NCBI GenBank assembly: GCA_013239625.1
Contig: MU053431.1
Coordinates: 2,694,485 to 2,754,484 of the forward strand
Direction: 5' to 3'
DNA: 60,000 nt
From: Lama guanicoe
Taxonomy: Eukaryota
Part shown: positions 43,301-55,600 of the stretch, piece after piece
Layout of the letters: each line of letters begins with the position of its first letter
How positions within the stretch are numbered: position 1 is the first letter of the stretch
The notes under the pieces: generated by a model
Seen by the model: the letters and a program-made list of their open reading frames with translations, nothing else
Databases searched by the model: none
What the model was told of the DNA's origin: nothing
Position numbers and translations under genes: made by a program

Positions 43301-46300
43301 CGCCAGGCCTGCGGGTGTGGGGATCCGCAGATGCCCCTCGCCCACCTCGTCCTCCGCCCTTGGGGCAGCAGGGCCTTTGTCTGCCCACGGGCCAGGCATT
43401 GTGTGAATGTTGCTCTGTGGAGAGCAGTTCCATTTTCAGGTTTGCAGTCAGCCCATGAGGACATTCAGGCTGTGGAGCAGGTGGTGGAGGGGAGGGGCCA
43501 GGGTCGGGTGTAGCACGTGTGAGTCTGCGTGGCCTGAGTGTGCATTCACGGGCTGTCTCGTGCAGTGCTCGCTGTGGGGAGAAGCAGATCCCAGCAGCCC
43601 AGTGAGCCCCCCGTCCCCAGGCGGTGACTGGCCCTGCCCAGGGGGCTGGCAGGCAGTGAGAGCCAGGACCCAGACTGTAAGGCACGAGCAAGCAAGAGTG
43701 ACAGTTGTGTCATTCACCTGGTTTGGCACCACCTTCTAGCTGACCCTGACAATTGTCACACACACACACATGCACACCATACACGCAGACACAGGCAGAC
43801 ACACAGACACTGCAGATGCATACAGTTAGACACACACTTATCCAGACACACGTGCACACACTCAGGCTGGCGAGCCTTGCTCGCTCACCTGTGTGCCTCT
43901 GTGTGTGTTTGGCCACCTCAGCTCCGTCAGGCTGGCCTGATGCAGGGGGCAGGCTCTCTGCCCTGCAGGCTGGATTCCAGGCCTGTCCACTGTCCCGCTC
44001 TCCGGGCGCACTCGTTCAGAGGACACGCCCAGCAGGGGTAAGTGCCTGGGCCCCAGCTGCCGCTAAGTGGGTAGCTGGGAGGCCTAGCTTGCTGCATAGA
44101 GGCAGGCGATTCAGGTCCCATCTCCAGGGAAGCAGAGCGAGAACTCTATATTTGTAAAACCAAGAGGGGCCTTTTCAGACGTGTCAATTCAGGACTCCTG
44201 GCCCTGCCCGTAGGTGCCCAGCCACCTCTCTCTCCGTTAGCACTGGTGGGCACCAAGCTCTCTCTGGGGGAGGTCATGGCTTGGGGGTTCCTGATGGTTT
44301 CTGACCTCCCTGTGCTCAGGGTGGGTGGGAGGGGCCTGGGGCAGCCAGACTGGGGTCCCACAGGGGCCTCCGCTCAACCATCTGGCAAATATCCTAGCCC
44401 TGAGCCCAGGGTCATTCATCTGCCCTGCAGGTGTCTGTCCAGGAACAGAGTGGTGAACAGGGAGGGGAAAACTCCTGCTTTCCTGGGGCCGACCTTTCAG
44501 TGGGGGAGGTATTAAACAAGGTAACGAAGTACCACGTGCAGCGTGCAATTTATCCAGAGATGAGGAGTGCCTGGGAGAGGGCAGAGACAACCCGTAGTCC
44601 TCGCCGAGATGGACGCTTGTGCTGAAACCACAGAGGTAGGAGAGGCCCTGTGAGTGTGTGGGGGCCAAGAGCCTCAGGGGAGGGAGGGGCCTCCAGGGGC
44701 AGCTGGTCCACCGTTCCCAGGACACTGTCTCTGGCTTTCCTGAGAGTTTTGAGGAGGGGAGGATGGGTCTGCCGTGTCCTCAGACTGTGGGTCTGTGGGG
44801 TGAGGGGTGGGGGAGCAGGGAGGCTGGGAGAGGCCTTCACTGGAACCCTGACACTGGGGTCTGTAGGGGCAGGAAGGTTGGAGGTCAGGATGGCGTCAGA
44901 GTCCAGCTGGCCAAGGGCAGCACCAACCCCGTCCGAGGCCTTTGGGACACAGCCTAGGGCCTGAGGCTGGTTGCTCTGAGGCCTGTGCTGCCCATGTGCC
45001 CCCTCCCGCGTGCCTGCTGAGAGGCAGAGAGCAGAGGAGGCGCTGTCTTCCCCAGGCGCCCAGCCCTTCTCAGCCTGAGAGTGTTAAGCCAATGTCCAGG
45101 GAGCTCACTGCCTCCCCTCCCACAGAAACAGGAGGGGTGGGGAGTAAGGCTGGCTACCTGGTGGTAGCCGCTGTCCCTTCCTTCCTGTCCAGGTGCCAAC
45201 AACCAGGGACAGGACCTACAGAGGGCTTCACTGAGGAGGTGTCCCTGCCCTCAGTGCTGGGGCATGTCTCCTGGGTGGGCTTAGCGCACGTGGAGTATTT
45301 GGGGACAGGGCCCCTGTGGTGGCTCAGGTGCCTCTCTGTCTCCGGTGAGACGGGTCACAGGCGTGTCTGGGCGTGTGGACACACATTGGGTGGGGGTGTA
45401 TGTGCCCTGACACCCTCCACCTCCACCTGGAGCGGCCTAGGAGGAGATGGACCCAGGGAGGAAGCGTCTTTCGCCCAGTGTCCTGGTCAGGCCACGAATT
45501 CTCACTGAAGGTGGGTGGACAGGCCAGGCTGACTCGTGCTCAGGTCAGGAGAAGAGGCCAGGCCTCTCAGTGGCCCTGGGGTGGGCACTGATTACCCCTC
45601 ACGAGGGCCTCATGGCCACAGCTGCGCTGGTTTCTGGGCCCAGGGAGCCAGGCCTCCTCCACAGGCCCAGAGGGTCTTTCTGCTTGCTGACCTTGAACCA
45701 AGAGCTCTGTTTGTGGCATGGGGAGGGAGACCGAGCTGGTGGCTGGGAGAGCCAGGAGGATGGGTCCTGCTGGGCCAGGGGTCTCTGGCCTGCTTGTTCC
45801 CTCCCCTCTTTCTGCCTGCCTGGCACCAGAACCTGCCGCAGAACCTGGGGTTGCACACACGTCCTCACTGCATACGTGGACCTCAGTGCCCCGTCCTCAG
45901 CCCAACACTTTCATGAACTTCCCGTTACTTCCAGGTTGTGCACGGCGGTGTCCTGACTGCCGCTTTTAGGTCCGTCTGAGGTGGGGAGGGGCTGTCCAGG
46001 CTGCTCACTGAGAGCCTGGGCCTCGGCAGGGAAGGCTAGGCACAGGCCAGGGGGTGTCTCTGGCTGGAGGGCCCGGGCGGGGGATGGGGTGGCCAGGGCA
46101 GGCCGGCGCCCTGTGGTCACATGCCTGCTGCTTGCGTGTTGTGAACACACGTGTATCTCGTGCCTGGGGTTTGCAGCACGCTCCCCCCCATCGTGTTTAC
46201 ACACCCGAGGCATCCATTCGCCCTCAGGCTGATACACACTCACACGGCTTGCTGATGCTCTTCCGTGCCCCACCTCAGGGCTGCACGCGGAGCAGCACGA

Positions 46301-49300
46301 GCCCTGCCCTGGAGCCTCATCTGCATGCCCTGAGGCACCCCCACAGGTTCAGAACTGGGGAGGGGCCTTCACCAGGGGCACCGCCCACTGCCATGCTGTC
46401 TCTGTGGCCTCTGTGACCAGCAGGTCCGGCTGTGGTGGGGCCCTGGGAAGGCTAGTGTCTGCATAGCTCAGAGGGGTCTGTGAGGGGCCAGGCCTGGCGC
46501 TGGGGGAGGCAGTACAGAGTAGGGGCAGTGCTGGGAAGGAGGTAGAGCTCAGCCGGGGCCCCACGGAGGCGGTGTCCTCAGCTCTGAGCCTGTTCTGGCC
46601 TCTCCCTCGTAACCCCTGTCTGCTGCACAGGGCTGAGCCTTTGCGGCTCAAGCCAGTACCTGGAGGAGGGGTGCCCCTCAGCCCTGGGACCTGGGCCTCC
46701 TATTGGTGGGGCTGCCTTGGGCTCCCCTCGCCCCTCTGCTGGTCCACGATACAGATAGGGTGCTGACACTGTGGCAGGTCCCGGTGGAGCCTCCGTCCAG
46801 GGTTTGTGGGAGGCCCTTTTGTTATCAGCAGTCAGGAGAGGGGGCGGGGGCTGGGGCCTGCTGGCCCAGCTGCGGGCTGCAGCTCTACGCAGCCTAGAAC
46901 CTCTGGCTTGGAGCAGGCTGGGGGCTCTGCTTCCAGAGTGCTGGCTTCTGTCTGAGGGACTGAGCTGGATGGAGCTGAGGGTGGTGGCTTGGTTCTCAAG
47001 GCTGTCTGTCCAGGCCCTGTTGGTCGTCTGTCCTGTGGGACACATGTCTCTTTTCCCTGCCCGACCCCCCTTGGAGCCCTGGGCTGGGGTCTGGGACCAC
47101 CCTGTCCCCACCATAGTATGCCCAGCCCTGGGCTCAAGGGAGTAGGGAGGGGGCCCCTGGATGGCTCCTCTCCTCCATCCTCAGGGATGGAGGGTGGTGG
47201 GAGTTTCAGCAGGAGAGGAAGACCTGGCAGGAGCGGGTTTTCAAAGTCTTGGTGTTGCCGCAGCATGGCAGGCCTTCCGCTGACAAGGGTGTGTTGTCCA
47301 TGTGCCTGTGCGGGGTGTGGTGGAGGCCACGAGGGTGACTCCAGGCTGGTGCTGTGGTGCAGGAGGGGCCTGGGGCCCGGCCAGGGCTCAGACTTCCTTG
47401 CCTGGGGCCTCAGCCCCCATCCAGCCCCAAAATGTGGGTCTGCAGTGGGGGCAGGGGGAGCAGCCCCGCTGACCTGCTTGGCCTGGTAGGACAAGGTCGC
47501 CCGACAGCACCAGTGGGCAGAGTCGAGTTTCATGGGCCCCTGGCCACTGTTCTTTGTACTGGGGGAGGACAGAGGTCTGAGCTGAGCAGAGCAGGTCCCC
47601 TCAGCTCGCCCACCACAATTTGGCTTCTGTTGGCCATGCAGGTGTGGCATCAACTGGGAACTCGAGGGTGGGGAGGCAGCACATGTGTGGGGACGTGGCC
47701 GGTGCAGACAGTGCCTTCGTGTTGTGCTGTGGAGTTACAACGGTGAGGAGGAGGTCAGAGGCCAGGCCAGGCGAGGCATCTTGGGAAGGGCCACTGTGGT
47801 CTGGGAGGCCTGGGAGGGCCCCGAGGGGAGAGCGGGCTCAGCAGGGGCCGTGGACACAGAGTTCACAGCTCCCACCTTAGAGCGGAGCAGAGCAGAGCCC
47901 AAGCCAGCCTGTGACGGAAGACGGAGGGCATGGCGGACATGTGGGAGGTCAGCCAGGACCCAACTTCACGGTGGTCTCTTGCCCTGGTCAGGGTCACCTT
48001 CTTGTGGCCGGAGGCCCTGCAAGCACTTTGTCTGGGGCTCCTGTCTCCTCTCCAGCTGGAGGCCTGCAGTGTGGTCAGCATGTCCTCTGAGCTGCATCTA
48101 GAGCCCGGGATCTGGTGTCCTTCCTTTTCGAGCCTCTTCTCGAAGCTTCAGGAGCTGCTGGGTCATGGAGGAGGCTGTGGGCCACACACCTGGTACTGGT
48201 CAGCAGCAAGGGCCCCCTGCCGGTTTGGGTGCTCCTGTCCCCACAGGTCTCCCTCAGGGACTTTCCCAGTATCCACTTTGTGTCCTCTCAAGAGCTCCCC
48301 CACTGGAGCCCCTGTGACCACCAGTGTCCCCTTTATGGGAAGGATGGTAGCCAGCTGCCCCAGTTTACCTGTGACTGTTCAGGTTAGCACTGAACACTTG
48401 CATTCCAGGAAACCCCTTGGTCCTGGACAAACTTTACTGTGGGCCTCCCCTGGGGGAACACAAGAGGATACTTCCCTTGGAGGGAAGGCTGCCTGGTGTG
48501 GCCAGGCCTGGGCTCGGCCAGAAGATAGCCCCGTCCCCTCATTTCCACCCAGGGCTGAGGCACTTTGCTGGTTCCCTTGGTCTGTTTCCTCTGGTTTGTC
48601 TGAATATCCCCTGTGTGCCAGGCACTGGCAGAGCCACCGTCACGCTGTGCTTTCTCCATCCCACACTGACCCAGGAGGCAGTTCTGCTGTTTCCCGATTT
48701 GCAGCTGAGAGCAGGAGGCTCTGATGGAGGCTTCCCTGGTAAGTGCGCGCAGTCCTGGGTTGGGACATGTGCAGCTTCCGATGGGGCTATTGTCATCAGC
48801 AGTGTCTGCGGGCAGATGCCCAGCAGCTGGGCCTGGTGCCGGCCCCTGTGGTGCCGCCTAGGGAACCTGGCAGGTGCTGGGTGGCTGGAATCTCAGAGCC
48901 CTGTGCTTCCTTCCTGGAGGTCCAGGAGTGTGGGCTGGAGCAGAGCTACGGCTCACGTTGTGGAGACAGGTGTCACCTGGGGTCTCCACCCACACCTCCG
49001 GGTGACCGTCAGAGTGCAGTCTGGGGCCAGCTCTGTCCTTGCTGTGTGACCCATCTGTCAACCTGGAATCATGATTTTCCTGCCTCTGAGTGTGGAGAGG
49101 GTGAGGGTGAGATGCTGCAGGTGGAGGGCTCTGCTTGCTGCTGGCAGAAGTCCCGTGAGTGCCTTTGATGCTTGAAGGAGCCCGTCCACAGTCTCGCCTG
49201 CTGCTCTGGACCTAGTCTGGGGTTTCAGCCTTGGGCTCAGGCAGCTCAGCTGGATGCTTGGAGTGAACACTGGCCTGACAACAGCTGTGAGTGGTACAGG

Positions 49301-51989
49301 AGTCTGCAGAGAGCTGCAGGCAGAGAGAGTTTCCTGGAGATGGTGTGTTGGGGCATCATCAGCCTGTGCAGGGAGCTGGCCCGAGGTGTGGGGCTCTGCA
49401 GTGGAGGGGAAGCACCTCGGACCCCCCCTCTTCCAGGAGGCCCTCCAGATCAGTCCTATCTAACCACAGAGGGGTGACCATTTTCAGCAGGGCTGGGGTG
49501 GGTGGGCAGGGTCCCTCCATCTCCCAGGCTGGGCCACGTTCTGCACAGTGCAGCTCAACCCTGACCCCCAGCGGCCAGTCCTGAGCACTGCTGCAGGGGA
49601 TTTGGGACAGTGGGCTTAGGGTGTGACCCAGGAGGGTGTCCTCTGACCCCAGCCCGGGCACCTCACCGCCTTCCCTAAAGTTTGGCCTGGACACATCCAT
49701 ACCAGGGTGGGACCCCAGGCTTGGTGACGGGGCTTCATTCAACATGTGTGTGAACTCCCACTGGGAGACAAGACCTGAGGGTTCTGGGACAAATAGGTCC
49801 CTGCCCCTAAGCAGTTCCACCTGGGGTTGGTCTTTATTGAGCTGGAGGCTTGTCTGTGACTGGCTAGCCTGGAGAGGCGGCCTCTGAGCTGTGTGCAGGG
49901 AGGGATGGAGGAGTGTAGGGGGAGCAGGAGAGGCTGTGGGGTGACTGGGTGTGTCAGAGACGGGTGAGGCTGAAGGCAGGTGGCCACGCTGGGAGGGGAC
50001 CGCAGGGGGCTCTGTCTGCAGACAGTGGGGCCTAAGAGGGTTTGGGGCACAGCAGCATGGCCACGTGTGTTTCAAACCAGTCATTCTGGCTTCTGGACGG
50101 AAGGTGAACAGAGGGTGGACAAAGGGTCAAGGCTGGCAGTGGCCGGCGGGAAATGCAGCCTCTGAGCCCCCAGCCTGTGGGGAGGAGGGCACTGTCAGGT
50201 GGGGGCTGAACATGGGGACGTGGGGGTGTGGCTTGGAGGGAAGTTATGGATTCCAGCATCCCTGAGGACAGAAGGATGGCGAGACCTGGTGTGGGGAGAC
50301 CTGGGCCAACTGTGAGCTGGTGCAGTGGTGGAGGAGGCGCAGACAGCCGTGGGGAGGGGCTTAGTGGTCTCCAGCGCCTCAGACTCACCTGGGCCCCGGG
50401 GGAGGCTGGGATGGGTTCTGCCCAGTGCCTCGGGCTGCTTCCTGCTCAGGTGGGCAGGGCAGTGCTGGGCCCTGAGGGCAACACTGAGGGTCAAATCCTA
50501 CATCTCCAAATAGTGGAGGAGAGGAACCAGGGCTCTCTGGAGGCTGGGGAGATGTCTGCTCAGCGGGAGGATGCCTGGAGCCCTGGAGCCTGGGGCAGCT
50601 GCGGGGCTCAGGCTGCACAGCTGGAGGGGCTGTGAGAACCTGGTGTTTCTGTGCTCGGGTGCGGGGGGCCGCACGGTGTGTATGCGCACACGGACCTGGG
50701 CTGTGTCCACACATGCGCGCGCATGTGTGCGTCATGCTGGGGGCTTCTCCTTCCCTCCCTGCTCGTCTCTCCCCTTAGTCCTTCTTTACTTGGTGACCAG
50801 AGTGGTTCTTCTAAAGTGCTGTAGGACCACGGGGGAGGGCCCCCCAAAAACCCCACAAAAAACCAAAGTGCAGTAGGACCGTTTCTCTCTCTGAAAGCCT
50901 CTGAAAACTACTCACTGAAATACTAAGGAATGAAGCGACGTGGCCGTGTTTGGGATTTGCTTCACGAAGACCCTGTGGACGTGGGCGTGGGGTAGAAAGT
51001 GGCCCACTGATCTTGGGGTAGGGACGCCCACACGGGCGATACTTGTTCTCTCTACTTTTGTGTGTACTTGAAATTTTGTCCGGATGAATTGCAAAAGACT
51101 TCAAAATGTCAAAAACCCTGAACCTGGAATGGGGGTGGGGAGTGCCCTGGTCAGGATGGCATCCTCCCCAGACAGGTTGTCCTGGCCTCTGTCTCCAGTC
51201 CTGTGGGGCCCCTCCTCCTTGCCCACCGTGGCCCCAGCCTGAGCTCCATCTCTGCTGATGGAGCCCCGGGGGCTGGCAGGGGCTGGCAGGCTGCCCCCGG
51301 GTCCACAGCCCTGCTGGAAGTGGCCCTTACGGCCAGCTTCAGTGTTAACCTTAGAGCCCGTCCCACTGCCCAGGCAGGTCGGGGAGGGGCCTGGCACCTG
51401 GGCTTTATTTCTGTTTTAGCTGAAGCACAGCAAACACAACGCGAAGTTCAGATCACAGGGTACCCCCGCCAGGACCTCACGGTGACCCACCACACAGAAC
51501 CAGTCCTGAGCTCTGCCACCCCTCCTCCCTCCTGCCCCGGCCCAGCCTTGCCTCCTCCGTTACCGGCCAGAGGGGGGCAGCCTCTCCTCACATCTGCCTT
51601 CAGGACCGCTGCCTCGGATTCTTGGTGGGCCACCTGTGGGGTGGACAGAACACTCCTGTTAGGTTCTCGGTGGAGAGGGGGGGCTGCTGCCCTCAGCCCC
51701 GGCCCCATGACACTTCAGAATCACCTGGGCGTCCCCATCCCTAGGCCCCTTGGTTGGAATTTCTGGGATTGGCTCCAGGATTTGGAATTTTAAAAAGTAC
51801 ATTGAAATATTTTATTTTGTTTTTACTTTGGAGGGGGGAGTGGGTCATACATGCAGGTAATTCAGAAAGAAAGTGGCACAGCGAGGAGAAGCGCGGTGGG
51901 AGGGACCCTTGGGCCTCTCAGCCCCTGAGAGCGGGGCTCCGTCTGTGCACCACCCAGGACACGTGGTGCAGGGCTGTGGCATCCGCAGT

Positions 51990-52660
51990 GTGGGCCAGCC
52001 CTTACCGATAGACATTCAGGTGGTGTCTAACCCATTTTGCACCACAGTTGTGCAAAGATGTCCTTGAACACGTGGTTTCCTGGCAGTGGGCATGTTTGAG
52101 GTGAGGCTTCTGGACGTGCTGGGCGGTCTGAGCTCTGCAAGGCCTGCTGCTGAGCTGCCCTGCACGGAGCTGGCCCCGCACTTGCCCGAGTCCATGGCTG
52201 TTTTGTCCCCCCACCCACAACACACCCGTGTTGCCTTTGGTCTTTGCCAAGCTCAGAGAAAGTCTGTGGTTCAGAATTGCATTTCTCCTGCCATGAGTCA
52301 GGTTGGACAACTTTTAATTTATTTAGAAGTTATATTTCCCCTTTGTGCTGTACACTGTTTACATCCTTGGCCCACTTTTAAATAAGGTGGTTGGACCTTG
52401 TGTTATTGATTGGACCGGATCCTTATGAAGTAAGGCTTTATCGCTAAATGCTTGTAAATACTTTTCCTCGTTTGTTATTTGACTTTTGCTTTATTTAAAG
52501 TAGTTTTGCCATGTAGAACTTCTTTAATCATAGGAGGTGATAAATCTTTTCTGATTTGGGCTTTGTGAGCTCATAATACGCTCTCTCTTATGATTATTTA
52601 AAAATATTTACGTCTTGACCCACTTAGAATTTATTTTGGTATGAGATCCAAGTTAGGGAT
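51990..52660 (-). mobile_element. Highly diverged L1-like fragment
   Basis: AT-rich block with antisense L1 hallmarks: 'gatagacattcaggtggtgtc', 'aattgcatttctc', 'tccttggcccacttttaaat', 'tcttgacccacttagaatttattttggtatga'. Confidence 0.55.
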
Positions 52661-55600
52661 CTGTGTCAGTTAGGGACCAGCAGGACATAATGTCATCCTG
52701 AAATTCAGAAATTTGAGGAGAATTGAATAAAGGGATTAAGGCAGGATATAGAAAAACCGTGAAGGATAAATCGGGGTCCTCGCAGGTCTGAGGGTGGCCT
52801 GCCCAACAGGAGCCGAGACCTGAGGGCGAGGACCCTGCAGGAAGCCGGTGGAGGGGTCAATACCCCGCCCAGTCTCCTGGGGGCTCCCCGCTGGCCAATC
52901 CCAACCAGCATCCTGGAGGCAGGAGGCCCGCTGGTGCACCTGCAGGCCACCTGCGGCTGTGGGCAGGTGGAGGAGGGAGACTGGGGCTGGCTGGGTGCAG
53001 GACACAGCACAGGGAGGGGAACCAGTCATCGGACCAACACGCTGACTTGGGAATGAGCAGTTTGAGGAGGAGACTTGGACAGAGCTCCCTGGGTGCGGAC
53101 GGGGGCAGGGGTGAGGGTGAGGCGGCCCTGTGGAACGAGCTGGCCCTGAGCTGGACCCGCTTGCAATCTGCCTTTCGTGTCCAGGGCTGTCCCTGTGAGC
53201 CGGTCTTTGGGGTGACAGGGGCTGAGGCTGGGGGGTGGAGCTGAAGGGAGCAGAGTCTGTGGGGGTGGGGAGTGTGAGGGAGGCCATCAGTGTGCGCAGG
53301 GTCCCCAGCCTCTTTGCAAAGGGGGCCGCGAGTGAGGGCACTACACCATAGCATTCGTTCATTTGACCGCCTGTTCGTTCAGCACGTGTGTCGAGCCCTC
53401 GCCAACACATTAGGATGCTCCTTGGCATAAAATCTGACATAAAAACATTACGCCAGAAGTCGGTGTGACAAAGTCCTGAACATTGATGAATTTCCCCCAG
53501 GATGACTATTTGGACACTTCTGGGGAAAAAAGCCAAGTTCTTTCTTAAAACAATTGTTCTTGGTTCCCTGCTTTGATAATTCCCTAAACCCTGGCCCTGA
53601 CTCTTAGAAATGCAGTGGGGTGGGGGATGTGAGGGAGGTGGGTGGGGTCCCCACGGAGGAGCCTTGGCCGCAGATCTGGGAGAAGGAGGAGGAGTTTGGG
53701 TCCAGCTCAGGCTGCCCAGAGAGACGGGCTTGGCTGTAGTCCTCCTGGAGCTGCTGATGGCAGCACCCTGGTGTTGGGGGCAGGGGGGCCCCGGGGCTAC
53801 TGAGGATGGTGGTGAACAGAGCTGGGGCAACGTGGGATGGGGTGTGCAGAGGATGCCCTCACAGTTCGCCGCCAGGTCAAAGGAGAAGGAAGATTCCTCT
53901 CAGGGCACCTCTGGGACGGGTCCAGGACCCACAGGAGGCCCTGCCCCGTTTGGGGAGGGGGATCTGAGGACAGAGATCGGTTCTGCTGGTGACAGTTGGA
54001 CTTGGGGAACCTATGGGGGCCCCAGGCTGTGCCTGCGGGATAAGGTGATGTAGGAAGCTCTCGCAGAAGACGGGCTGAGGGGCTGGCCCCATGGCCTCCC
54101 ACCCTGGTTTCCCAGGATGTGGTGTTTCCAGGACTCTCAGTTTTAACACCAAGACAGTCTGGACAAATCTTTATGAGCTGACTGACCCCTTGTAGGTCTT
54201 TGTTCCTGATGTGGCTGAGCTGAGTGGCAGCTGCCTCTGTGTCTGAGGGTCCAGGGCCCCACAGGAAAGAAGCCAGGTCAAAGTTCAAGCTTCTTCCCCA
54301 ACCCCGAAGCAGGATGGCTGTGGGCACAGAGGGCAGCCGTGCCCAGGGAGCCGCCGGCTCCCAGGTGAGGCATCTGCTCCCATTTGCAGGGCACTGCTGC
54401 CCCCTGGGACCTCTTGTTCTCCTGCTCCAGACAGAGTCCTCTGCACAACTGGCCTTCGCTGCCCTGTGATTTCTGGTGTTTGGGGACGGAGGGTGGGTCA
54501 CCTGTGTGCTGTTGACCTGGACTGTGGCTCAATCCTCCTTGTTGGTACCAGGCTGACTGCTCTGCATTTTTATGGTGAATTTGTTTCCTGAGCCATCATT
54601 GAAATTCTGGAAGCAGGGGAAATGCATTTGCTCCATCACCTTCCGGATGTGACAAGTCCTATAAAATCTGTTAGAGCTTTTAATGAAATCCTTGCTCAGA
54701 GCTGCTCTGTGAATGAATGTGGAATCGGAATTTAAATTGAAATGTTGTTTTTGTAGTCTGGAGGCTCTGTCTGGGGAGAAGTTAAAGGGACAGCCCACCT
54801 TTCTGCCGTAATTCTCAGGCTTGATGGGTGCCTTGCTTGGTGGCCCTCTGACTGGATGCTCAGGGCCTCCTCAGACCCTCCGGCTGCTGGGGAGAGACAC
54901 TCCCCACGCCAAGCTCACAGAGGATACTGTGCAGAGGAGAAGGCAGGTGCACCTGTGGGCCAGGTAACCACTGGGGCCTGGAGATGAATGTATTTACTTA
55001 CAAGCAGATGCAGGTCCTGCACTCTGGTGACGCTGCAGGCTGCCTCTGTCTTGCCCCAGGTGAAGAAGTGGTGCTATAGGAGCTGAGCTGAAATTTGCAT
55101 CCCTTCCGGGGGACGAGGGTGACATCGGCAGTGAGTGTGAAAGGCCACGTTTGGCACAGAGCATGTTCCAGGCCCAGGACAAGCCTCTCCTGCCCTCTTG
55201 ACCGTCCTGAAGTTCTGGGTCCTTGGCCACCAAGATGGGAATTTGAGTGTGTGGTCCCTCCCACCCATCTGTGAGGCTCTTTTTACAGCTCCAACGTCAC
55301 TAGTAACCTGGGAAACACGTGAGGCTGGCAAAACTGAAAACTCAAGATTCTCTAAGCGTGAGTGAGTGGGTGTGAGGGGTGAGCTTCATGCAGCAGCAAG
55401 AAGACGACCAGCAGAAGCCCCAGAGAGCCTCACCTGTGCTCCCAGGGTCACCCGTGCTCCCAGGCCACCCAAGGCACCCAGTGGCAAGGAGACAGAGTCA
55501 TTAAAAATGTATTTGTCATGACAAGAAGTGGACTTGGTATCCGTCAACAGGAAAAACAGAGATGTGGTTTATTTATGCCGTTTGGGGCCACACTTTTAAA